DNA of 64,000 nucleotides from Azolla caroliniana (taxonomy: Eukaryota; Plantae; Polypodiophyta), in NCBI GenBank assembly GCA_043228905.1, contig JBHGNT010000022.1:930001-994000 (forward strand). The letters are read 5' to 3'. Of this stretch, positions 13,001-25,505 are shown in pieces; the first letter of the stretch is position 1, and every line of letters starts with the position of its first letter. The translations under genes were made by a program, and so were the position numbers. The notes beneath the pieces are model-generated. The model made no database searches. It was not told the origin of the DNA and was given only the letters and a program-made list of their open reading frames with translations.

Positions 13001-15253
13001 TAGATCCGCAGTTGTATCAACATCAGATACATCTCAGCAAAGACGCCAAACCGGTAGCACCAAATGAACCCTAATTATGCGGTAAGGGTAAAAGAAGAGA
13101 TCGACAAGTTACTCCGAGTCCGTTTTATCCAACCGGTAAAGAAAGCCACATGGTTGAGTCTGATAGTTGTCGTGCCGAAGAAGAACGGGAAGATCCGGGT
13201 GTGCGTCAATTACCAGAAACTGAATGTCGTAACGGTGACCAATGCCTTTCCACTTCCATTCACGGATGGAGTTCTGGATGCGGTAGCCAAACATGAGGTA
13301 TATAGCTTCTTAGACAGATTCAGCAGTTACAATCAAATACGGATGCACCCCAATGACCAAGAAAAGACGGTGTTCATTACTGAGTGGGGAGTTTTTGTTG
13401 CCGTAGTGATGATGTTTGGACTCAAGACGGCGCCGGCTACTTTTCAATGGATAATCATGGAAATATTTGGAGAATTCATCCCGGCGTTTATGTAGGTGTT
13501 CCTAGACGACTTCGGGTGTATAGCTGGCAAGGGGAACACCTGGACCATCTCCGGTTATGCCTAGAGAAATGCAGGGGGTACCCGCTAAGCTTGAACCCAG
13601 CAAAGTGTGTGTTCGGCTTGACTAGTGGTATGCTACTTGGCCATATTGTCAGCAAGGACGGGATAGCAGTAGACAAAATTAGGGCAATTCTAGAGGCACC
13701 AGCACCAACGACGGCCAAAGCATTAAGCAGATTCTTAGGAAAAATCCGATGGCATAGCTGGATGCTCCGGTATTTGGCAGATCTTGCAACACCGCTGCAT
13801 GTTGCAGTTCACCGGACACCGTTTCAATGGACGGCTAAAGAGGATGACACTTACCGCGCACTAAAAGTACTACTATCGCAAGCACCGGTAGTACAACCCC
13901 CGGACTGGTCCAAAGAGTTTCATGTGTTCGTTGACGCGTCAAACATAGCAATCGGCAACGCACTTATGCAGCTGACCGAACCCAAGTGGTACCGGCCGCT
14001 ATACTATGCAAGCCGGAAACTGTAACAAGCGGAACGAAATTACTCCACAACGAAAAGAGAGGCCTTGGGGATAATTTATAGTGTCATGAAGTTCCGACAC
14101 TATTTGTTGGGCCGTAAATTTTCATTTCACGTAGACCATTCACGGAGACTATGTCGGTGAAGCTACAACAAGAAAGATATGGCACAATGGGCTATGGTGG
14201 CCAACGACACTGAAAGATTCGGTCCAATATACGAAGGAATGTGATTTGTGTCAACAAATGGGCCAACCGACAGAATAGGCGCGGATGCCTCACCAGCCGG
14301 TACTACCCTTGGAACCATTTCAAAAATGGGGGTTGGACTTCGTCGGACCATTCAAGCCGCCAGCCATGCGAACTGGCAACATATACATCATTGTCGCTAC
14401 GGATTATTGCACCAAGTGGGTAGAGGCCAAGGTTTTGCGAGACAATACCACGGCATCAACGACGAAGTTCCTTTACAAGTACATCTGGTGCCGTTATGGA
14501 TGTCCAATCGAATTAATTAGCAACCAGGGTGGACACTTCCTGAGTCAAGTAGTGGAGAGCCTAACAACGTTCTACGCGGTAGTACACAAGCGCAGCACTC
14601 CGTACTACCCGCAGGCCAATGGACTGGCCGAGTCCACCAACAAGACACTATAGAACATCCTCCGGAAGATCATCAATGAGAACCGGACCGATTGGGACAC
14701 GAAGTTGCACGATGCATTATGGGCTTACCGGACGACATATAAAATGAGCATCAGGACGACACCATTCCGCTTAGCGTTTGGACTAGAAGTGGTGATGCCG
14801 ATTGAATTTCAAGTACTGAGCTTACGAATACAGGTCCGGGAGCGACTGAGTGAAAAGGAATCAAAGAGAATCCGATTGACGACACTATGTGAGCTGGAAG
14901 AGCATCGGATAGCAAGTATCATGTTGTTGGAACTAGAGCATCGACAAAGGAAGGCATTCGTTGACCGGCACCGAAAGGGCAATGAGAAGTTGTTTGGAAT
15001 CGGCAAGCCGGTGCTCATGTTTCAGACCCGGATGGGTAAGATGTCGGGCAAGCTACGGTCACGGTGGACCGGACCATACTGGATCACGCGAGAATTCAAT
15101 GGTTCTTACCAGTTAGGCACGCTTGCCGGCGAAGTACTGGACAAATGGGTAAATGGGTTCCGACTTAAACCCTATTACGGGCCCATGCCACCCAAACTCG
15201 TTCCATCAGGTGGAGACCGACGCGGTAATTGGAAGCGGCAAGCAATTGTCTAG
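10012..15253 (+). pseudogene. gag-pol pseudogene of element C
   Basis: Colinear ORF fragments homologous to B gag-PR, followed by RT, RNase H and integrase. Many premature stops, frameshifts and a deletion near 14140. Confidence 0.9.
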
Positions 15254-15624
15254 CAACCAAGAGGAGTCGGTGTTACCAGATAACCGGGACTAATGCTTAA
15301 TTATTAAAAATAAAATAAAAACATCATGCATAGGCGAGGAGTGAACGGGCACTTTGAAAAGGTGTGTGGTTGGTGGCTAATTAAAGCCTATTTAAAAGCA
15401 CTCCATGTGTCAACCGACTGCTATTATAGTACATGACGTGCATGCGCGGGAATCGAGAAAAGGTGCCAAGCATTGAGAGACAAAACCTCCACCTCGAAGA
15501 GTCCCTCTCATTTCGCAAGAACAGAGCACTAAGCGCACACAGGCGATTAAGAGTGATCAGACGAACGCAAGAAGAACGCACAGACGTACCAATTCTACCA
15601 AGTGCCACAGACTCCAACGACGAT

Positions 15625-16143
15625 ATGGAACACATGGCACTCTCGGAAGCGGCCAAGAAATGGTTCAAGAAATGCGGGTTGGAAGGGTTCCTAAGAATCG
15701 TCGAGGCACCTCCGCACGCCGAGGCGGAGAAAGTCATGCAAGAGATCGATACGGAGGTCATCACAGAAGAGGCCATCCGCACCATGACTGGCTTACCGAA
15801 GGGTGGAATATTCACAATCGACAACCCTTCACTGGAGATGCTCATGAAGTTCTTCGGTGAGTACTCCCTGGCCAGCTAGGCATACCGCACGCAAGGCGGC
15901 GAGGACGCTCTATTCTGAGAAGTCGCTCGTGTGCTTCATGAGTATGGGCATGTACACCCTGGACTCTCGGCTATGCCAAAGAACAGAGCTGGTTTTGTTA
16001 TAGCGACTTATGAGGGAGTATAGGTGGATTGCCCGGTGATCATCGCTGACAGTTTGAGCACAGCCATAGACTCAATAAAGGATGGCAAGAAGATGTGGAC
16101 GGTGGTGGCTCAATGGCTCACTCTTTTAGCGCCGCCGGTAGAG
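15625..16143 (+). pseudogene. Truncated extra 3' ORF of element C (homolog of the B extra ORF)
   Basis: MEHMALSEAAKKWFKKCGLEGFL...EVITEEAIRTMTGLPKGGIF aligns with B MEPQTLSEAARKWFRQNGLEGFL...EVITEEAIRALTGLPEGGIF. In-frame stops present. Confidence 0.85.
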
Positions 16144-19100
16144 TTGATGATTGTCGTAATGCTCAACACAGTCCGGATGGAAGTCATCTTGACTACCAGG
16201 GCAAAGATCTCATCGAAATCCACTCCTTTCTTCTATTGGAAGCCCTTCACCACGATCTGGGCTTTCTACCTTGGTGGATTTCTAGCATCTCCCGGTTTCA
16301 GTTTGTACACCCACTTGTTCAAGAGTGCTCTCTTTTCCTTTAGTAGCTCCGTCAATTCATATGTGTGGTTCTCGTGCAGGGAATCCGTCTCATCCTACAC
16401 GGCACTTAACCACTTGCGGTTGTGGGTGTCTTTCTTTCCTTCTTCGAAGCTTTCCGGCTCCCCCTCATCGGTCAGCAATACATGCTCTACATTCGAAAAT
16501 CTCCGGTGGCGCCTTCTCTCGTTGAGGGGGTATCTACGTCCTTGGTTTTCATCCACCGGTTCCTCCGACTGTTCATCATCCGAATCCAATTCGGGATCTT
16601 GACCGGTTCCGGGATTCGATTCTTCTTCTTCTTCAATCGGTTCGGTCTCTTGTTCGACTCCGGTATGTTCTTCGAGTGTCATCTGGCTTCCGACCGGATG
16701 GGTTCCTGCATCTTCAAACCGATCTCTGTCAATCGATCCAAAGTCCTTTATCTTCTTCTTCAACTCCCAATCGACAATGGTCTTGTCTTCCATGAAGACT
16801 GTATCTCGACTCCGGAATACCTTCTTGTCAACCAAGTCCCACACTCGGTAGCTGAACTCATCATCGCCGTATCCAGGGAATATGCATGGTTGGGACTTCG
16901 GATCCAATTTTTCTCTCTTGTCCTTTGCTACATGCACGTAGGTGAGACATCCGAACACCTTCAGATGCCGGTAAGACACGTCTTTACCAATCCATACTCT
17001 ATTCGGTGTGTCTCCGTCCAAGGGCGCTGAGGGTGATCTGTTTATCACATAGGTCGTCGTCATCAACGCCTCATCCCAAAACGTCTTGGATAGCTTAGCA
17101 TGTGCAAGCATGCTCCATACTCTCTCCATTACGAATCAGTTCAATCTCTCGGTCAGCCCATTCAGCTTGGGTGTCTTCAGCACGGTGAATTTGAGCCGGA
17201 TTCCCTTCAACCGACAGTACTCCTCGAACTGCCCCCGGTATTCTCCTCCGTTGTCCGCTCCAACCACCTTCAACTCCCGGTCGGTTTCCCTTTCCACTCG
17301 CGTAGAAGTCCTTGAAACCAGATAGTGCCTGGTCCTTCATCTTCAATGGTGAGACCCACAGCTTTCGGTTGTGGTCGTCTATGAACGTCACGAAGTACTG
17401 TGATCCGGCATGTGACTTCGTTTCCACCTAGCATACATCAGTATGCACAAGTTCCAACGGTGCAGTCCGTCTCATCGGTGGTCTCGACCGGAAAGAGGTT
17501 CGGTTCTACTTGCCGACCAAGCAATCGACGTACTTCTCAAGATGCACGTCTTTCACCTCCGGAATGAGGTTATCTTCGGCAAGTCTTCTCATCCCTTTCT
17601 GGCTCATGTGCCACAACTCACCAACATTGACGGATGCAACGTTCACTTCTTCCCGGCATATCCGGGCATGCATTAGATACAATGTGTTGATCTTCTTGGC
17701 TCGGGCCACGATTAGGCTTCCCTTGCTGAACTTCATGACTCTCTTCCAAATGCTACTCGTGTAGCCTTCATCATCTAGCCGACCTGCTAACATCATGTTC
17801 AACCGAACCTCTAGAACGTGTCGGACATCCTTCAACAGCAACTTGCAACCGGTTGATGTCATCAACCACAGATCTTCTATGCCGACAATTCGGCATGCAC
17901 CTTCATTCCCCATCTTTACACTACCGTGATCACAGGCTATGTAGGATGTGAAGCACTTCCCGTCGGGGGTCAGATGGAACGATGCTCGGGAGTCGGTCAC
18001 CCATGTCGTTTCGTCGCCAACAAGATGCAGCTCACTCTCCCCGGAGATTAGCAATAGTTCTTCTTCACTTGTCGCGATCGCTAACGTTCCTCTTCTCTCT
18101 AAAATCTTCTTCGGTTCTGGACCGTTGGTTCCCCCTTTGGCTTTTCGGAAGTGTCGTCAATTCTTTTGGAAGTGCCTCGACTTTCCGCAATAAAAGCAAG
18201 TGGGCCTCCCCCTTGACTTCGACCTCGTCCCCGATTTGTCCCGGTTTTGGGAACTCCGATTCCGGCCTCTTCCCCAGTTATGGTCATCTTCTGTGACCAA
18301 GGCCTTCAGATCGGTTTCGGACTCCCGGTCCTTTAGGCGAGCTTCTTCATCCAGCATGCTTGATTTTACCCTTGCTAGGGACAACTGTTTTCCTTCTAGC
18401 CTGGCGTTGCTCAAAGTGACAACTAGTGTCTCCCAACTATCCGGGAGGGAACCGAGCAGCAGCAACGCGAGTACCTCATCGGCTAAGGGTACTTACAGCG
18501 AGGTTGTTTGATTTATGAGCCCCTAGAATGCATTCATGTGCTCTACCATGGTGGCTCCATCCTGGTACCAGAGTTTCACTAACTTCTGGAATACCGAAAC
18601 CCGATTTACGGCGTTTTTACTCTCCAGCATGGTACCAATTTTCTCCTAGAGCACATAAGTCTGACTTTCTTCATTAAAGTTGTTGTATAGGCTCATGTCG
18701 ACGAAGCATCTAATGTATGTCGTCGTCTTCATATACATCACCTCCCACGTTGTGGCATCGATCTTGTCCGGTTTCTTGTCCCTGAACTGTACCGGCAACC
18801 AGAGATTTTTGACCACGAGCATGCCCTCATCTTTGACTTCCACACTAGGTAGTTGGAGCCAGTGAGCTTGAACATGGTTTCGAATGACTCTTCCATTTTC
18901 TTCAAGGTTTAGAACCTCAGTCTGATACTAGTTTGCGTGGAATTGCGCTCAGCCAGAACTGAGTCTTAAACTCATTGGAAGAACAAAACAGAAAATGGAG
19001 ATTAATATACTTACACAAACAATAGAGAGGACACCGGATGTTTACGTGGAAAACCCTAATAGGGAAAAACCACGAGAGCCCACAGACTCCAACTATCACT

Positions 19101-19598
19101 ATAAGAGAAAGGAGTACAATAGGAGACTCAGAGGCAACGACCTCAAACTCTATACCTTCCTCCACCAATGATTACAACAAAAAACTTTTTGTATCTCTAG
19201 TTTTACTTTATTTTAATTTAGCTTTGATGATTGGATAAATACCCATTTTGTTGTAAACCAACTCTTTCATGGGCCAATTTTGGCCTTAGAAGACGTTAAT
19301 ATATCTTTCTCTCTCTCTCTCTCTCTCTCTGTGTACAATAACAATATACAATGAAAACGCTCTGTCTTCTCATCCCTCATGTGATTGCCCTAAGTCATAT
19401 TTATACTTATATGACTTTAGAACTATTTACAAATATGGCCATGACAAGCACATTAGAAACATATTTACATATATGTTCCTATCGGATCCATCCGGATACC
19501 TTCCAGATCCGTCTGTTCCGGTTCCTTCCTTCGGCTCATCCGATCCGGCTCATCCAGATCTCAACTGGATCCCATCCGGCGGGACCATATTCCCAACA
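16144..19598 (-). mobile_element. Element D: 3'-truncated Ty1/copia (5' LTR 18934-19598, degenerate Met PBS, gag, PR, IN, start of RT)
   Basis: PBS-like TAGTATCAGA at 18921-18930. LLLGSLPDSWETLVV and CFYCGKSRHFQKN (gag), WVTDSRASFH (PR), YFVTFIDD and HLKVFGC (IN). RT is cut at ~16144. Confidence 0.85.
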
Positions 19599-19599
19599 T

Positions 19600-19990
19600 A
19601 AAGTATATGCAATGAAGGCATACTTGCTCTTCACAAGCTCAGCATATAGTGCAATCCATTCAAATATGGTGAAGGAATTTGAAGAGCATGTAAAGTACAT
19701 GCAATGAAGGCATGGTAGAGGATGAATGTGACTTGCTCTTCACATGCTCAGCATATAGTGCAATCCGTTCAAGATATAATGACATATTAAGAGGGAGTGA
19801 TAACTTAAGTGTCATACTAAAAACACCTAGAAGGTTGAGCTCATATGTTTATGCCTTATTCACGCATAGAGACTTTGTGCTTCAATGTATGAATACCCAT
19901 TTGTAGGAAGGAGACACATATCAAAAACACATGTATACTCTGGTCCCATAGGTCAAAACTGGTTTCTTTATGGATGATAAAAAACAAAAC
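19600..19990 (+). mobile_element. 3' remnant of a LINE (ORF2 C-terminal Cys motif, partly duplicated)
   Basis: CNEGMVEDECDLLFTCSAYSAIRSRY resembles the LINE ORF2 C-terminal zinc-binding motif. A partial duplicate lies at ~19608-19665 and an A-rich tail at ~19979-19990. Confidence 0.55.
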
Positions 19991-20758
19991 CTATACTTTT
20001 TTGTAATTAATTCTTTCACACTTACCTTCTATACTTTTGCGGAGCAATAATTAATTATAATGACCTCACACTCAATAATAGAATGAGATAACCATATATA
20101 TGTGCATATGTGCACTTATATGAATGATTTAATTAGATGTTACATGTTTAAGTTTGAATTGGCACAACGAGTATCATTACATAATAATTGATTTCATACC
20201 ATAAATTTTAACTCTTCTAAAGTAGATAATATATTTCAACCAAATCAAATACTATTAATATGTATACACATGAAGCGTGAGCCTTATATGAATGATTTCT
20301 TTTGATGCTTTGGGTTAAGAAGGCGGGTTAAGAAGGCAGTCGATGTCAAGAATCCTCTCCTAGAATTCATGGAATATCAAAAGAATATCAAAACCTTTAC
20401 ATTTGGAGTCATGTATAATTGATGTAATAAGTGTATGGAGATCATCACAATGTTTATTAACATCTAGTCAACTAAGAAAATACACTATTTGGCAAAATTG
20501 AAGGCAAAAGTTACATTTCCATTTATAGTATATATATATATATAAAAATATAATTACATTCACTCCAACTTTGTTATGTAGCATAAGTTGGTGATTTGGA
20601 TCGCCGAATGTAAATGTCCTATCAAACTCTGGTAGGGTCTTATTCATAAATACAAGTCACCAATCCATCTAGTTATCAAGTCATCTATTGTCCAGTCAAC
20701 CCAGTGTGCAATAATACGATCAAGAGTTCATATAATTTAATCAATCAATTCAACAAAC

Positions 20759-22296
20759 TTATAATCCTCCTCCATATAATTCTCTATTGTCAAAAGAAAT
20801 GATGTGGTAAAGATTGAGAAGCAAGGCAACAAACGCTTGGTCGACACCCCAACTTACACGCACTCTATAGTCAGGATTGCGACCACATATGGAGCTCCAA
20901 GATAGGCGGCCATCCGGATACATTTGGGCCTATAATATTGTCACAACAACAATGCAATGATTAAATTATGACAATGTAGTTCAGCTAAATTACAATTGTG
21001 TTACTACTATTGTGGTTTGGGGGATTGAGGATCACACATTCATTGATAATGGTAATGTTGGATCCATGTTACTTACCATGATATATGTACACATAGTTAA
21101 GCACATAATCTAGTAATGCTCATTATGTTTAGACACATTGCTTCATGACTTAATTATCTACTAATAATCAGAATCACTTGGGGTAATTATTGGGTTTTCT
21201 TTTTACAAAACATTTCCCATCTTTAGTCTCCAATATTATTATGAGGAGAGTGAGTGTGGCAATCGATCCTTCGAAAAACTATACAAATCATTGAAAAGTA
21301 ACAAGGAAAATGGTGATTACCTCGGCGATCTTGTGATTGTCCCGAGCATCGAGAATCGAGACAGTCACATTGCCGGAAAAATATAGGCCAGTCGAGCGTT
21401 TAACCTTGTAGTCGGGACGTCTACGTCGGCCCGACCCCGTGTCCACAATGCCAAGTGTCGCACTCCCATTGGCCGAGACATCCACATCGTGGTGGTCATG
21501 ATCGAGGAAGACATATAGGGTATGGTTCCAATGAGAGAGGTTAGCTTCTCTAATGCTCATCACCCGAGATTCGCCTTGGTATACATGGTACCGGTTTCGC
21601 CATGTGGCACTCACCTAGTGGGAGAAGGAAATCATTGCAATCTCATTATTAGCACAAATGATTAACAACCAAACACAAGATTTATTACCGAAATCCATCT
21701 AAATGGCTTTTGTCGATGATTTGTCATTAATGTTATGATCATCGCTAATCGATATTAATTGTGTCAATGATTTCCCATTAATGTTATAATCATCGCTAAT
21801 CGATGTTAATTGTGTCGATGATTTGCCATTAATGTTATAATCATTGCTAATCGATGTTAATTGTGTCGATGATTTGGCATTAATGTTATAATCATCGCTA
21901 TTCGATGTTAATTGTGTCGATGATTTGTCATTAATGGTAATCATCGCTAATCAATGTTAATTAACTACATAATTATATTATCCTTGGCACCTTTCGATAA
22001 ATTCGAAGAAGTTCGATGCCATCTGCATCTTGCATAACAAAATCGCGACGGCCATAGCGTGAGGCGGATCCCAAGTGATCAAATGTGAAGGCTCTATTAA
22101 CAATCTTCTTTGACACATTACCATCAGGATCCTTGTCATTCTTAGTACCACTACTAGAGCTTGTAATTTTGATGAGAAAAGATGAGCAATGTGTAGAAAT
22201 CCATAGCTCTAGTGTCGTGTCATGGTCGGCACAAAAGCGAGAAGAGATTATAGCATCATTATGATCTTTTTTGGTAATCTTGTAGTTAGTGGCCAT
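20759..22296 (-). CDS. LURP-one-related (LOR / tubby C-terminal-like) protein, 256 aa; exons 22296-21991, 21614-21321, 20929-20759
   Basis: GT-AG phase-0 introns give a continuous ORF: IISSRFC...RRDFVMQDADGIELLRIYRK|VSATWRNRYHVYQG...PDYKVK...KIAE|...DYRVRVSWGVDQAFVALLL. These motifs and the 3-exon layout are typical of the LURP1 family. A paralog lies at 57486. Confidence 0.85.
21711..21962. repeat. 51-bp minisatellite, ~5 copies, in intron 1 of the LOR gene
   Basis: Unit TGTCGATGATTTGTCATTAATGTTATAATCATCGCTAATCGATGTTAATTG starts at 21711, 21762, 21813, 21864 and 21915. Confidence 0.9.
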
Positions 22297-22588
22297 ATTT
22301 AGAGTTTGTTGAGATGATTAATGGGTCATTAATGATCTGCTGGATGCAAATGATAGGATGATTTGATATTAATTATGTGATTAGTGGCCCTTATTGATAT
22401 TTATTGAGATGACGAGATGTGATTTGTGGGTCATTCATTAATCATGAGATTAAACATCCCATTACTTATTATTAATCATGATTATGGGGCATAAATCATG
22501 ATATTAAGAGAAGATGAAGATAGCTGGAGACGGAAAGTCAATCTTGAGAGAAGAGAGAGAGAGAAAGAAAGAGGATTTTAACACTAGC

Positions 22589-22595
22589 TTTTATA
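22589..22595 (-). promoter_or_regulatory. Candidate TATA box of the minus-strand LOR gene
   Basis: TATAAAA on the minus strand, ~290 bp upstream of the ATG and followed by a CT-rich stretch. Confidence 0.3.
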
Positions 22596-22744
22596 ACTTG
22601 TTACAATGTAAAAAAGCAAGTGTCTCCTAAAGTCAAGATAATTTCTATGGAATCAGTTTATTTAATAAGAGTTTTGTTTATTGCGAGAATATACGAGGGT
22701 CACGGCATTACACGTAATGTGCCCATCGCTATATAAGACAATGG

Positions 22745-22860
22745 TCGAATCATTCAATCAAACGATGTTTTTCGCCGAACCATTCATGTTTTTCACTGAA
22801 TCAATTATGTTTTTCACCGAATCATTGATGTTTCGCACGGAATCATTGATGGTTTTCACC
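22745..22860. repeat. 21-bp degenerate tandem repeat (GAATCATTGATGTTTTTCACC-like, ~5 copies)
   Basis: 7-aa periodicity in the ORF track (MFFTESI/MFFTESL). Confidence 0.75.
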
Positions 22861-25443
22861 TATCTGTCGCAAAAATCTCATCATCATGTGGGGGGTCCAG
22901 CTCTCGTGACTTTTTAAAAATGTGGTAGTTAGTTTGTGCACACTCCACACACTCTTGATGATGTTGAATCGGTCACGTGGGTTGGAATATCGTCTACATG
23001 CAATGTATCATCTTAAACTACTAATTCATTCATTACATTCGGCGTGTCATTGTCGATCTATCTCGTTCGTCGTGTCATTACGTGCATACCTATGATTTCT
23101 TTATCATATTAAATATATATCGAATAGAGTTAAGAAACTTGGGCCTCTCATATCATTGTGTGGCATTGCAAGTTGCAATCAAAGTGTCAATATTTTGTGG
23201 CAATCTCCTGCGGAAGTTAGTGGAGTGTACATCCCTCTATATGCTAGTAAATTAACAATTCATGACCACATTGCAATGTTTGTGTGATCATATAAAAACA
23301 AATTGAAGGATAAACACTTGTGGCAATTATAAATTGAACATTACGTCCACAATTGTGTGTTAATTGTTGAGTACCTTGCACTACATGTGTGAAAGTATAA
23401 ACTATAGATCCTATATTTGTAACGAGTATGAAAATTTTCACGATTCATCGGTCATAAATATACTAATCCCATTGAAGTCCAACTTTCAATTTTCAATGTA
23501 ATGAACATTTTTAATAGTTATTCTATATAACACATTGAAGACCTTGGACGTACATTGTTGAACATCCAAACCATCTTAAATACGGAAATATTTTCTAGTA
23601 ATCCATTCTTGGAGGCATGACCTTTTCTTGGGAACTAAACTATTGTGCACAATTCCATCGTTTCATACGAAATATTAACACATTCAAAGGCAATGTAAAC
23701 TTGTCAACCATTCCATCTCTAGGTAGCTACTAGTTCTTGTGGAACAATTACAACTTTTATTGGTATGAAACAACGAAAGACAAGGTGGGTAACCAAAGGT
23801 CTTTTAAACATTTGCATGAAAGTTTGAACATTCCAATGATGATTCTAAACGACTTTTAACCAATCTTCATAGTGATACATTCTAATAATTTCCCTCTTTT
23901 AAGTTAGAGCGAGAAACTCCTTCAATATTAGGGTTGTCATTGATTAACATCAAGCCTACAATTAATTAAGATCATTAAAATTCTCTTGTAAGCTACAACA
24001 TTAGAGTAGTTGTCATATACAAGAATCACAAATACTCTAATTCAAGACATACATTGAGCTTCATGTTGTTTCAAGATACATGCCAAGCTTTAATTGAGGA
24101 GATGTTTACATCAATAATTGAGACGCTCTTCCTAAACCCGAAAGGCCTTCCCACTTCCATATGAGACAACATATTCACTTGAGATATTGTGAGGAAACAG
24201 TTTTGAATTTCCCAAAAAGTAACATACACAAGTCCGCATATACACATATATGCACACTTATGTTTGTTTTTTTATTTTTCTTCTTCTTTGATATGCAAGT
24301 GAAAATTATATTAAGTTAGAAGGATGCAATGCATTGGCAGAAACCATTGCATGTCAAGAGACGTGATCCATAAATGTTTAAATTATTCTTTAACGAAGAT
24401 GGTAGTAATAGTAATTATTAGTTAAATGACTTGTAGATGAAGACTCCCACTAGATAGCACAATGCCGATAGAAACAATGAAAAAGGTAGATCTCATCAAA
24501 CAACAAAAGAGAAAATGTAAAACCCATATGTTGATCTTTATCAACATTTTCAAAAAACTTTATATAGCTCTACAAAAGACCCTTGCTATAATGTATGGAT
24601 GTCAAAATATTTTGTACCTTCATTGTGGAAGGTGAGATGACCTCTAATGCAAATTTAACACCAAATTGAAATGTATGGACTATATGTACATCACAACATA
24701 TTTGATGAAGGGAAAATGTGCTTTTGTGCCTATCATGTATCTATGTACCCTACTCCGTCGAGGCAACAATAGCAATGCTAGCACCATCACATGTTATGGA
24801 TAAAAGATGCGAAGAAATAACTAAACATTTCATATGCATAAATGAAGCTTAACCACAATGCTTAGCTACTCCATCAAGGAGAAATGTGTTGAAAAAGTCA
24901 ATAAGCATAGACATTGTCTTGTAGATTCTTTACACACCTAGTGTCTTGTCATTGGATGCTTTCAAGTTACTATTTGACCACCCATCAAATGTAACTAAAA
25001 AATGTGAATCTTGTCTACACAAATAAAACTTATTTAACTAATTGACAAATGACAATATACATGTTCCATGTGGAATCTGGATTGTATTAGTGTAGAGGCT
25101 AACTTAACCCTAGAACTAGGTACAACATCTTGCACGAGTTTCTTAAAACATGCACACGAGGTAAAAATTTTGTCTTTATATATTTTGTAATAGAGCAAAA
25201 AAAAAAATCTCCAACGTACGAGATATTAATACCTCATGTTTGTAAAGGATATTAGATCACAATATTGGTTGGAACCACAGAATAAAATATTCGCATTTGT
25301 GAGGCAATTTTCACAAATGCCACATGTATGCATTTGAGTGCAAATATTTATAGAAATTTTTGCATATTTTGGATTTTCTTCTTCTCTTTTAATGTATTGT
25401 TAGAATATTTTTCTTCTTTATGTTTTATTGTACGTAATTCCTT

Positions 25444-25505
25444 CCCTTAGTTGTAAGTAATTGGAATAATAGCTCCCTTAGTTGTAAGTAATTGGAATAA
25501 TAGCT
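25444..25505. repeat. 31-bp tandem duplication
   Basis: CCCTTAGTTGTAAGTAATTGGAATAATAGCT occurs twice. Confidence 0.85.

Larger units (their letters stand above)
9474..16143 (+). mobile_element. Element C: decayed, 3'-truncated autonomous-type non-chromoviral Ty3/gypsy (Athila/Tat-like) relative of element B
   Basis: 5' LTR 9474-9956. PBS TGGCGACCACGA 9964-9975. Gag, PR (IVDGGSGVNV), RT (FLDDF), RNase H (FVDAS), IN (PFQKWGLDFVGP, YPQANGLAE), then an extra 3' ORF. Joined tail-to-tail with copia D. Confidence 0.9.

Noticed and set aside
21699-21944. 81-aa ORF with 17-aa repeats
   Set aside because: It is the translation of the 51-bp intronic minisatellite.
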